Source: Octopus vulgaris
Lineage: Eukaryota
Assembly (NCBI GenBank): GCA_951406725.2
Contig: OX597815.1
Span: 93,620,001 to 93,684,000 of the forward strand
Length of the DNA stretch: 64,000 nucleotides
Direction of reading: 5' to 3'
Shown here: in pieces, positions 39,041 through 51,531 of the stretch
How positions within the stretch are numbered: the stretch's first letter is position 1
Layout of the letters: each line of letters begins with the position of its first letter
Translations under genes and position numbers: made by a program
The notes under the pieces: model-generated
What the model was told of the DNA's origin: nothing
Database searches by the model: none
Seen by the model: only the letters and a program-made list of their open reading frames with translations

Positions 39041-41779
39041 ATTTATACACACACAGACACACACACATGCCTATTTGTGTGTGTCTTTGTGTCTGTGTTT
39101 GTTCCCCATCACTACTTGACAATTAGTGTTGGTGTGTTTACATCTCCATAACTTAGCATTTTGGCAAAAGAGACCGATAGAATAAGTACTAAGCTTAAAA
39201 AATAAGTCCTGGGATCAATTTGTTTGACTTAAAGTTTTTAAGGTGGTGCTTCAGCATGGCCACGGTCAAATGACTGAAACAAGTAAAAGAATAAAAGAAA
39301 GAACACAGACACAGAGAACATATATAGTTAGCTAAAGAAAGCTCTTGTATTCTGCCTCTTGTTACTTATTCATATCTAATATCATTGATGCACTGATCAC
39401 AACAGATTTACATAAATCTAGAAATGTTTGAGTTTTCCATTAATGAACAAAGCAAACGGAATCCTATCAACTTATAAACACAGAGAAGATTTGTAAGTCA
39501 TTTCAAATATTCTCTATTTAAGACACCACCACCACTATCATCATCATCATCAGCAGCAGCAGCAGCATTATTTAACATCTGCTTTCCATGATGGTATGGG
39601 TTGGATGGTTCAACAGGAGCTGGTGATCTAGGGGACTATATAAAAGCTCTAATGTCTGCTTTGGCATGGTTTCTATGGCAGGATGGCCTTCCAAATGCCA
39701 ACCACTTTACAGAATGTACTGGGTACTTTTTACTCAGTACCAATACCAGTAAAGTCACCAAGTAACTGAGAGTGGGGGTGTAGTATTAAAGGAGGTACTT
39801 TATGCCACCTCTTCCTCATCAATACTACATACTATGCAATTTTTATGCATACACATGAATAAAAATAATCACACACACTCATATACTAAAGAGGCTTACA
39901 TGAATGCAGGCATATCTGCACATGGAGAGATCTCTATTAGTTTAAACTATGAGTATTCAGTAGTCAACTGAAATTACCTGCTCATTAGATTAACTGGTAC
40001 ACAACTGACCATTGCACAGATGCATGTACCCCTCCTGTGACTCTCAGGCTGAATTAGCAAGACACTGTGTGACATGGCTGTACTTTTGAATTTCCGATGG
40101 CAGTGCCATGTAAAAGAGGCCATGTAGCAACACATAACTGCATCCATGTGGTGACATGTAAAAGCACTCATGTAGCAATGCATAAATGTGCCTGTGCAGC
40201 CACATGTAAAAGCACTTATGCAGCATCACATAAAAGTGTCCATGTGGTACCACATATAAGCACTCATGTGGTGCCACATAAAATCATCTACCACACTCTG
40301 TAAAGTGGCTGGGATTAGGAAGGGCATTCAGCCATAGAAACCAAACCAAATCAGACTGCAGTTTGGTGCATCCCACTGGCTTGCCAGCTCTGGTTACACC
40401 ATCCAACCCATGCCAGCATGGATAACAGATGTTAAATGATGATGATGATGATGACGATGATGAATCCATCTAACAGGCTTGTATACTGTTTCCATTGACC
40501 CAAATTCCTTTACAAGGTGTGCGTTGAAATGCAGATGGATGAGGACAATTGCATAAAGAAGTGCCAATCACTTAAAGTGAAGGGAAGTTGTGAAAGAGGG
40601 AAGCCCAGGAAGACTTTGGACGAAGTATTGAAGACTGATCTCAAAACACTGTGCATTATGAAGGAGATGACAGGAGACCAAGATATGTGGCACACTACTG
40701 TACACAAGAAAACCTGCCCACCACAACAGAATCAAGATCCTAAAACCGAGGTGCCACATAAAAATCATTGGTGTGGGTGCTGGTTCCATGCAAAAACCAC
40801 TGGTGCTGGTGTCATGTAAAAAGCACTCAGTATAGTAGCTGGAATGATATCCAGCCATACAAACCAAACCAAAAACAGACTATGGAACCTGGTGTGGGCC
40901 CTGGCCTAGTCAGTTCCTGACAAGCTGTCCAACCCATGCCAGCATGGAAAATGGACATTAAATAATGATGACAATGATGACAATGATGATGATGAGATTA
41001 TAGAAAATGTCATTTACCCAAGATACCACACACTAGGATTGAAACCACAACCTCATGGCTTCAAAGCAAACTTCTTAACCATCTGGTTATATTCACACAT
41101 ACATGTACATATACACACACATTAACTCACATTCATATATTTACAAATCCTTGGCTCAGTCTTGATCCAAACGAAGAAAACTTGTCATTTTATTAGTGCA
41201 TATACTGTAGAGTTTCACATACATAATATAAGGAATTGAAAAGCTTTGAGTTATCCAGATTATGATTGCAATTAGAAGACAAAAAATTCCAACAAACAAG
41301 AAGATTAATTCCAATAACACAGACAATTCAAACTTTTGGATTAGTTGATATTTAAAGATAAGATTCACTCCTAAATGTATTGTCTTTATTTTGGCAAAAA
41401 TTAGGATTAGCTGATACTATTGGATTTTTTTTTTTTTGCTTATTCTTTTAAGATTTGAAATATCTCTAAAGGGAGTTTTTAACTTTTAATTACAAGAATA
41501 ATCTTAGATACTCAAAGCTTTTTGTCTCACTGTATTACATGTGTGTGACTCTGCCATATGCATATTTTGCATGCTGGATATACTCTGGAGGTATTTCACC
41601 CATTTCATGATGATGATGGTGATGGTGATAGTGATGGAGGAGGAGGAGAAGGAGGAGGACATTGACGACATTGATGATAATGATAATGAGAAGAAACTTA
41701 AGGCAATGGATGGAGATACAGACAGAGATACTGAATAACAATGACATAACCAAGGACATCCTCACATAAATGAGGATAT

Positions 41780-42060
41780 TTTCATGCTAAGAGTTGCTGA
41801 AGTATGGAACAAACTGCCAGCATCAGTTGTTAGTTGTCGGAGCACTGCATCCTTCAAAACTTCCATGCTTCCTGAGATTCGCCAACACTACACCTGATTT
41901 TCTCCTCTCCATACACACACAAGCATGCATCTGACTCATACACTGTTCACTTTCCAGACACTTGTACATTACTGCATATACTTTATACACACTTTTGACA
42001 AGTTGTGGTGCACCTGAGCACTGTATACAATAATTTCATTATTATTATTATTATTATTAT
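41780..42060 (+). mobile_element. CR1-like LINE 3' end with (ATT)n tail
   Basis: LRVAEVWNKLPASVVSCRSTASFKTSM followed by a short UTR and (ATT)n. Confidence 0.8.
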
Positions 42061-43410
42061 GATATGGTAATGTAGAGATAGCAAGAATGTGGAGTAGGAT
42101 GAATTACTAAATTTCTTTTGAAGTACTGGGATTATGAAAGATATTACTATAGTAACTATAATTGTACGAGAACTGGTAGTATGGAAGTATATGAACAAAA
42201 ACCAAGCACCTCCTTAACATGTCATGTGTCATACTAACCAAGGAATCAGTGATATTGATCAGTGGGATATTTGAGATATGTAGTTGTATCAGTAATACTG
42301 GTTTGTATGATATCTGAGACATTAAGATGTAACAGTGACAGTGGTCTGTGTAATATCTGATAATTGGAAAATCTTCACCTGTGAAGAAATAAATTTACTT
42401 TAGCTTATTTGTTTCCTATACTTTTCGAAGCTTGATATATTTTATCATTTACAATTATATTTAATATTTATTAAAGATTTTGTTTCCACTTACCCTTTAA
42501 TTCCTTTTTTAATTCTATATAAATTCATTAATCTAAATTACAGCTAAAGTACAGGAATCTGAAGTCAGTTCCCTCATGCAGCTTTACACAAGCAGAAGCT
42601 GTTATCTTTTACTGACTAATCTATACCAGCATGGAAAAACAGATATAAAAATCCTGTTGCCACTGGCAGTTTTCTCTATATTTTATTCATAAGTCTTAAA
42701 ACTACATTCACGTGGTAAACCTTTCCTTGGTATTGATTTTTCTTTAAAAGATATTAATAGGGTTTTCACCATAGATAGAGCTGTAATATTTTACTGTCAT
42801 CTCAATTTTAAACCACAGTTAGCAATTCTATAATGATCTGATTGACCACTTTGATATTTAGCTTTTATGTCAGATATTATCATTGTCTTAAGAAATGTCA
42901 TCTTATCTACTCTTCATGTCTTATTCACATCATTCTCTATGCTTTATTGTCCCCTTTGCCTTACACTGGTGATTTGTGTATTTCTTTACATGTTTCTTGT
43001 ATTTCCTATACAACCATTATTAAAAAGTATCAGAGAGAAATGAAGCTTTACTTAATTTTATCTTCTTCGTAATTTTACATCCAATTTTCCTTACTAACAT
43101 GGGTTGGACTGGGCTCATAGTGTCTTACCTCTCATCATAGCCCTTTGTCATCAGGCACATATAGCAGAATGTATGTAAAGTTTTTAGAAAGGTTCTTTTT
43201 ATGTTTGAAAACCTTTTCCATCACTGATTATACTACAGTGTGGACTGGGAGCATTTTATTGTACCACCAACACTAGAAATACTGTTTGTGGTATGACTAA
43301 AATCTTCACTAGCTTCTTTCATATATTCATATGCAGAATTACTGTTCTCCTAGATTGGTTGTCTGTGCTAGAGCACCTGGAGTCTACATCACTTCTGTTC
43401 ATTCCTTCTT

Positions 43411-43462
<52 letters not shown>

Positions 43463-43697
43463 TAATACAATTGTTAATGATATTATAATTAATCATTGTT
43501 TGTGCTAGTTCTCATGCATGTTTTCTCATACTCAATATAAAATGCCAATAGTTTTTGTAATTTATTCTCTTGTAATGTCACTTTATTTGTTGTTCAGGTG
43601 GCAAGTAAAGAAACCATTGGGTAGTAGAATGACAGAATTGTGGGAGCATAAAACAAATTGTCTTGTAATATTTGTTCTTGATCTTTACTTATGAATT

Positions 43698-44183
43698 TAT
43701 AATGGGACTAGAAGGCTCCTGATACCTGTGGAGTATCTCCTCCCATTACAATTATTTTTTTGAAGTCTTAGGATTCTGGAACTCAAAGAAGAAGAAGCTT
43801 ACGAGTGAATGCAATTCAATAGTTGTTTATTTGGTTCTCATTTCATGGGGTTTGTCCCGGTGACCATCTATGTGTCAGCGCATAGTTCGTTAGCTCCATT
43901 TGCGAGAGGTACATTACCTCTGGAGATAATGGGTAAAGTTAGAGCGTGTTAAGAATCCGCTGTGAGCTGCTAGGTTGTAATGTTGTTCAACGTGAGCACC
44001 AACGCAAGAGAAGAGGACGGGTTGCTCAATACACCTCCTTAAATAGATGTTGCCCGCGAGAGCCTCGCTGTGGTCTCGTGCATGGCAAAAATGGTTGTCG
44101 GTGAGATCTCACTCTTGTCTTGGACAGTAATGGCTGCCGGTGAGATCTCACAAAATGGCGCTGGCTTCTTGTGTCACGCTACA
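43698..44183 (-). mobile_element. Solo LTR (Gypsy-like) inserted in a SINE
   Basis: AATT TSD at 43694-43697 and 44184-44187. Minus strand starts TGTAGCG, carries TATTTAA and AATAAA, and is CpG-rich. It splits a family-B SINE. Confidence 0.75.
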
Positions 44184-44864
44184 AATTCAAATTCTGCCAA
44201 AGTTAACTTTACTTTTCCTTCTGCTTAAAGTACCAGCCAACTTCTTGAGGTTGATATAAATAACTGTTCCCCTTCAAAAGTAACTGTATTAGAAACATAA
44301 GCATCATTATCCTCATCAGTTTCTTTTCCTTACTTTTCCATGCTTGCATGAGTCAGACTGAGGTTATTGAGGTGGATTTTCTATGGCCAGATACACATCC
44401 TGTTGCCAATCCTTACCTGTTTCCAAATAAGATAATATTCTCCTATGTTTTTGTAGAATGAATGATATTCATTTACAACTATCATGTGATGTCAAGACAA
44501 GGAGATACACACATACACAAACTGATGCACATGCTGTTGTGACCAGAAGAAATATAATTATTATATCGACACTATAAGAAAATGGTTATTATTTATTACA
44601 GTCCTATTAATGAAAAGTGGGTCATAGGATTTACCTCTCTTTCCCAAGATTTGCATTCACCCCAATAACAAGTCTTCATGTATATATACATTCATACACC
44701 TCAGCCACATTCAAAGTTTACTTTCTCTGTTAACTTTCCTGTGATTGCACACCACCACTTGTGTCTCCATAACTTGCACTGAGTACACAGCATGGAATTT
44801 CTACTTACACCTTTTATTATGAAAGTAAAAAAAAGCTTGTTTAATCATGTTTCTTGAGAAAATA

Positions 44865-46032
44865 TCTCTTATTATAAAAGGCAGATTTTATCTGCCTCCC
44901 TTTGGGAGTTATACAAATCTACAATATAGGATTTCTTCAATTACAATTTACCTAGCATTTTTAAGAGTACAATGCATCGCTTCATGCCAGGTCCAGTTTT
45001 TAAAATTTAAACTCCAATTAAGCAAAATTTACAGAAAACTCACATTCTGGTGTGTGTGTCAAATGCTTTTTCTTAGTCTGGTTTACACCACACGCAAACG
45101 CACACACACAGTGTGCGACGAATAAAATGAAAGTAAATAGCGACAGAGTGATTTGAGGAAGACTTAAGTGAAAGTATTTAAACCACTACTCAAAAAATAA
45201 AAAAAACACAGCAAACAGAAACAAATAAATACACAATTTCTTCAATTAGAGTTTACCTAAGATTTTTCAGAGTACTTCAGTGGGTGATGCCATAAAAAAT
45301 TTCTTTCAATTTTACCACCAATTAAGACAAAATTTGAGAAAACTCAATATTTTAACATATCACTCCGAAAGCATTGATGTACATGTGTGCGTGCGTGAGT
45401 GTGTGTGTGTCATTCCTCACACACACGCATACACATACATATACAACCACATACAACTACATACACATACAACTACATACAAACACGTGTGTGTTTGTTA
45501 TTAGTAAAAAAGGCGCCAAATCACAACTCACTTATCATTCCAACACATTTGCAAAGACACACGGACGGACAGAAAAGGTAAATTGGTTTTTATTTTACTC
45601 ATTTCCTATTGTGTTTTCAAAATTTGTAATTCTGACAAAAAATGGATACGAATTTCATTATATCAAGCAGCGAGTCAGAATTCGAAGGATTTTCTACTGA
45701 AGACCTTCATAAATCTAACTCTATGACTGAAAAAAAAAGCATCTTTATATAAAAGTGAAGTTGTGTGTCTGTCTCCTACCATTTAGATTCCTAACTACTC
45801 CCACATTTTGCGGTGCAGTTTAACCAAAAGCGGGTATCTTATAGTCGTGATTCATATCGAGCCCTTCTGGGTATTAGCGTGCGTCTACGATGAGTCTACG
45901 ATTTAAAAAAAATTTACCATCCTATTTTTCCATTTTAATGCATTTTTTTGCTATTTTTTGGCTATAACTCTCTAAAAGTGCTTATATAGTTATTTCCCTT
46001 ACAACCCGAGCAACGCCGGGCGATAATGCTAG
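44865..46032 (+). mobile_element. Non-autonomous Helitron, probably composite
   Basis: A|TC starts at 44865 and 45742; 3' hairpin CCCGAGCAACGCCGGG followed by CTAG|T at 46029-46033. Confidence 0.7.
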
Positions 46033-46739
46033 TAGAGTATAAATTGCAAGTAAAAGATGTCAACTATCTCAGCCTACCAACTATAATGTTATAACATTAA
46101 TTATAATATCAATTACAGTTGTGTTGTTTATACTATTTGAAAATTCACAATAGTGTTTGACACTTGACTGAATGACAATGAACTGGATATTTTTCAGGAA
46201 CTGAACAGAACCCAGAATGAATTAAATCATTATAATATGAGGAAGTTCACTGAAAAATCACTGAGCAACCTTCTATGGTCAGATTAAGCTTTACAATTTC
46301 TTTTATGTTTCTTCAAAAATGCAAAGCGTGCCTCATCAGGGGAGTAAATTAGAATAAACCTAAGCATGTTTCATATTACTTTTGAAAAGACATTTCTTTT
46401 TGAGAAGAATGAAGAACAAAAAGAAAGAATAGTAGAGAAACGCATTTTAGAGTCATTTTATACATGTCACTATTTATCTTTTAAATATTGATCTAATCTT
46501 TCTAAGTTGAAGGCATGTTATGGCAGGGGATTGGGAGAATACTCAGGTTCCATATCTACTAATATACTATTATCACCTGACTTATTATATATATTTTTGT
46601 ACTATTTAGGAATTTATTACTGGCTGTTACATCATTTACACAAATTATGGTAACTATATGGAAACTATGTTAGATATGTGCATTCATACTCTACCACCTT
46701 TAGGAAAATGGCCCTGCTCAGTATGCCTACCCTAGCTGG

Positions 46740-47045
46740 CTCTCTGTTGCTTATGATGGTGAATGTTCCGGTTGATCCAATCAACAGAACAGCCTGCTCA
46801 TGAAATTAACATACAAGTGACTGAGCACTCCACTGACCTGCATACCATTAATGTAGCTCTCAGGGATATTCACCATGATACAGAATGTGATAAGGCTGGC
46901 CCTTTGAATTATAGCTTTTGCCATTTGAGTGGACTGGAGCAACATGAAATAAAGTGCCTTGCCAAAGGAGACAACAAGCTGTCAGGTGTCAAACTCACAA
47001 CCTTATGATCATGAACTGAATACCCTAACCACTAACCATGTGCCA
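46740..47045 (-). mobile_element. tRNA-derived SINE family D
   Basis: Minus-strand head TGGTTAGTGGTTAGGGTATTC..GAGTTTGACACC, then GGCAAGGCACTTTATTTC; related pieces at ~17590-17940 and 55930-56170. Confidence 0.65.
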
Positions 47046-47790
47046 AGCTGCTTGGTATGTAGAAAAAGTGAAAGTAGAAATACCACATGGTGTACTCAGT
47101 GCAAGCTATGGACACACACAAGACCTGCAATGGAATTATAAGAAGGTTAACAGAGAAAGTTGACTTTGTATGTAGTAGAGGCATGGGAGAAATAAACATA
47201 ATGAACACACAGGAAATAAATTTTCATGAATGCCCATGTGATTCCCTACAGGTTGTAGATAGCTTCTGTTACCTAGGCAATCAAATTAGCAAGGGAGAGA
47301 ATGCTCTAAATGTATAGTTGCTAGACAGAATGGAGAAATTTTAGAGAGCTCTTACTTCTGTTGATAAGAAAAGGCCTTTCTCTCAGCATGAAAGGCAGAT
47401 TGTATGATGCTCGCATGCGAATAGCAATGCTACATGGTAGTGAGACATGTGTCTTGAATGTAGAAGCTATGTGAAGACTAGAGAGGAACGAAACTAGTTG
47501 GATATGCAGTGCCAATATACGACAACATGCAAATGTGTCGAGAGAAAGATTGAGCATAAGAGGAATCAGATGTGGCATGCTGGTATGATCGTGTGATGTG
47601 TATGAATGGTGAACAGCTATATAAAGAAGTACTGATCATTAAATAAGGTTAGATTTTGTGGAAGAAGGAGATCCAGGAAGATATAGGAGGAGGATCTTGA
47701 AGGCTGATCTTAAGATGTTGAACCTCAGAGAAGAGATGACAAAAGACTGAGACAATTGGTTATTTGCTGTATTTGAGAAGACACAGCTGT
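47046..47790 (+). mobile_element. Older RTE LINE fragment with PHD-like insert
   Basis: CLVCRK..WCTQCKLWTH..FVCSR..QVVDSFCYLGNQI..GRLYDA..MLHGSET. Confidence 0.85.
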
Positions 47791-48534
47791 CTTGATGATG
47801 ATAGTGAGGTTCTAAAAGCATTATTTTTATATCTATACACTCACTTGCATCTACCCTTGCACCTAATCTGTTCCACCTCTTATTTACCTTACATCCATCC
47901 CTTCACTATTCTAACTATGTCACTATTCAGCTGCTATAATATGAAAGCAGAATATGCACATATTTCATTGACATTTGTGCTACCAGTTACCGCTCCCTCT
48001 CCCTGGAACTACTTTCTTTTAAAATTCATCCCACATTCTCAATATCATCCTTTTCCACATTATTTTTCGCCAGTCACCCCTGTCTATGCCTCCAGGTATC
48101 TTCCTGTATTCTGAGATTCCTCTGAGTGCTGCCATATCTAATCTTTAACACCCTCTCTTATCTACTATCATTCAAACAAAGCCATGTATGTGATGTACAA
48201 ATATGTATACAGAAGTGTATTTTGATGTGTATCACTGTACCTTCTTGAACTACAAATAGATTTACAAACCTTCTGACATGTATTGCATCTTACCCAATCT
48301 TTTGTCTAATGATCTAATCTTTGGGAAAACATACATAACTACACAAATTACTGGCCAAGCTTATTCCTCTCACTTTACAAAATTGTGCATTATCTCACAG
48401 CTCACTTCAATTTTGCAAGGTAAAAGCATATCTTTGTTTAAATATTCACATCATCCTTTATTCCTTTTCTTCATTGTTTGTAGTCAAAAGCATTTATTTC
48501 TCAGTTTGGCAGGTTTTGTTTTCTGTTCTGCACT

Positions 48535-48940
48535 TATTGGATTGAGTCATAAATAATTTCCGATTCTGTTAAATACCTTTGCTCATGAAATAATTTTACA
48601 ACGAATTATTTTCAATTATCAGTATGGTTGCCATTATTTTGAATGACCTCTTGCCATTTATCAGGTAGCTTTTTGATTCTTCTGAAGTAAAATCCAGCTG
48701 GCCTCAACATGAAGAAGCTTTCCACATACATTTTCACCTGATTTTCTTGAGAAAATGTTTTCCCTCTCAGAGCACTTTGTAGAGAGAGAAGATGGAAACA
48801 AGTTGGTGCAAGGTCCAGTGAATATGGTGGCTGGAGTAGAACACACCAGCCCAAATTCAATATTTTATCCTGTGTGATCTTTGCAGAACGTGGTCTTGTG
48901 TTATCATGGAGAAGCAAAATGTGTCTCCTATTGACAAAAA
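48535..48940 (-). mobile_element. Mariner transposase C-terminal fragment with one TIR
   Basis: LLHDNTRP..QPPYSLDLAPTCFHL..KLPDKWQEVIQNNG. Confidence 0.9.
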
Positions 48941-49155
48941 TAAAGAATGAAAGCCAATGCACTGCCATGCTACATACTAACTTTTATGAACCTCATGAGA
49001 CCACATTGGAAGCAGACATGAGAGTCAAGAGCCTTAAAGGTTTTAGTTGCTTTATGAATCCTTCGAGATATTTCACCATCTAAGAATGATTGTGTGTGTG
49101 TTGTCCAGGTAGAGAAACATGTCTATTGATGTCAGTTCTGTTCCTTCATCTAAAA

Positions 49156-49408
49156 CAGCGATTCTCAACTGGGGTCCATTTGGTTCTCAAGATCAAAATA
49201 AGATTTTTTTGTCAAAGTATAGGTGCAATAAATTGGTTCTATAATGCACAAAATATTTTGATAATTTTTCATACAGTTCCTAATAATATTTAATCATAAA
49301 AATATAATAGGATTTTTTTAGACATCGGATGACTATGAGTATCTACCTAAGTAAAATAAGAATCAAAGGGGTCCATTGGTAAAAAAAAAAAATGGTTGAA
49401 AACCACTG
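49156..49408. mobile_element. hAT (Charlie-like) MITE
   Basis: CAGCGATTCTCAAC...GTTGAAAACCACTG with perfect 8-bp TSD ATCTAAAA on both sides. Confidence 0.9.
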
Positions 49409-49636
49409 ATCTAAAATATATAGTATCACTTAAGTGATTGTTGAGACAAGATGGAATATTACAATAAACTTGTCCATGCTAATGCTGAACCCAAATAACT
49501 TATAAGATACAGAGACACAGGGAAAGGGGAGGGGAGAGGGAAAGGAAGGAGAGAGAGGGGAGGTTAAGAAAGGGGGAGGAGGAAGTGAGAGAGAGAAACA
49601 GACATCAAATTGGCAGTCATTAGGGCACTGGATTGC

Positions 49637-49674
<38 letters not shown>

Positions 49675-51480
49675 GTATGTGTGTGTGTATACATGGTGTA
49701 CATATGTGCATGTGTATGTGTAAATGTATATATATATATGTGTGTGTGTGTATGCATATATGTATGTATGTGTATATATATATATATATATACATACATA
49801 TATATGTATATATGTATATATATATACATACATACATACATATATACATATATATATATACACACACACACACACATTTACACACACATATATACATGCA
49901 CACATGCACACCATGTACATAAATCACCATGGTATGCTACTAATATACTGCCATACTTCTTTCTATTTTCTGCACTGTTTATAAATGTAGAAATAGTGAC
50001 ATTAAAACATATGGCATTTATTTGATGGAACAATGTTCAGATTTTCCTCAGTGTAAATTTCCACACACCCTGTTTCAAAACCTGCATTATGCTGCCTACA
50101 ATATTCTTGTATTAATGCAAAAACAGAAAGAAATAAGAGTAGCTATTTTGAGAATATATTAAAAAAGAAAAAGATTTCACTGAATGCTTACTATAATTAT
50201 CATGAGAAATATATCTTTCATGTTCTTTGTTTTACTGTTCTTCTGTCAATATGCAATAATCTATAAACCATATAGCCTTTTTTATCTTTAGTTTCTATCT
50301 TTTACTTGTTTCAATCATTGGACTGCAGCCCTGAAGGGTTTTAGTTAAACAAATTAACCCCAGTAGATTTTTTAAAGTCTGGTACTTATTCTATTGGTTT
50401 CTTTTGCTGAACTGCTAAGTTATGAGAGATGTAAGCAAACCAGCATCAGTTGTGAGGTGGTGGCAATGGATAAACACAAATTTCAAGGCACATGCACATA
50501 GATATATACAAATATACAAGCATACATGCATACATACATTCATACATATATACATACATACATACATACATGCATGCATGCATACATACAAACATACATA
50601 CATACATGTATGCATGCATACATACATATATACACATATACATGCATATGTACACATATACATACATACATGCATGCATACATATATACATACATATATA
50701 TATGTCAGCATGGAAGGCAGACATTAAACGATGATGATGATGATGATGTGTGTGTGTGTGTACATATATATATTGGCGCAGTCCTTTGGCTTGCCAGTTC
50801 CTGTGAAACCACCAAACGCATACCAGCATGGAAAATGGACATCAAATGATGAGGAGGAGGAGGAAGGGGAGAAGGGGGGAGAATGAGGTGAGGGGAGGAG
50901 GAGGCAGAGGGGAGGGGTAGAGTAGGAGGCAGAGCAGCAACAGTAGCAGCCATATAGGCATATATCATGTCACTCTCCTTCTCTCTGTGGAGTATTGAAG
51001 ACAGATCAAGTATTTTGAGTCCAATTTTATATGGCTGCTCTCCCAATGGTTGCAATATCCCAACAATACAACAGTTTATAGGACGTTAGCACTACCATTA
51101 ACTGATGAATAAATGTGGAAAAGATAAGTTTGTTGTTTACAGGCTGCTTGTGGCCAAGATATATAAAACTGTGGGGTTTAGTTTATATTAACTACAAGTC
51201 AAGTACAGTTTTCATTATAAGTCAATGGATAGAGTGTTCTGTGAAGTGTACATCATTGTGGAATCAGGAAGTTTTATCAATGATTTCCAACAGTTAGCTT
51301 CTATAACAACTGACAGTCACTGCACCACATACATCTATTAAAAGTGGCAGCTGCTGCACTAGTTTTGCAGATTGAAAAATATAACTCCATCAATAGGCAT
51401 ATTCACCACAATACAATCAAACACTGTAGCAGATTAAGAAAAAAAGAATAAACAATATATATATATACATATACATATAC

Positions 51481-51531
<51 letters not shown>

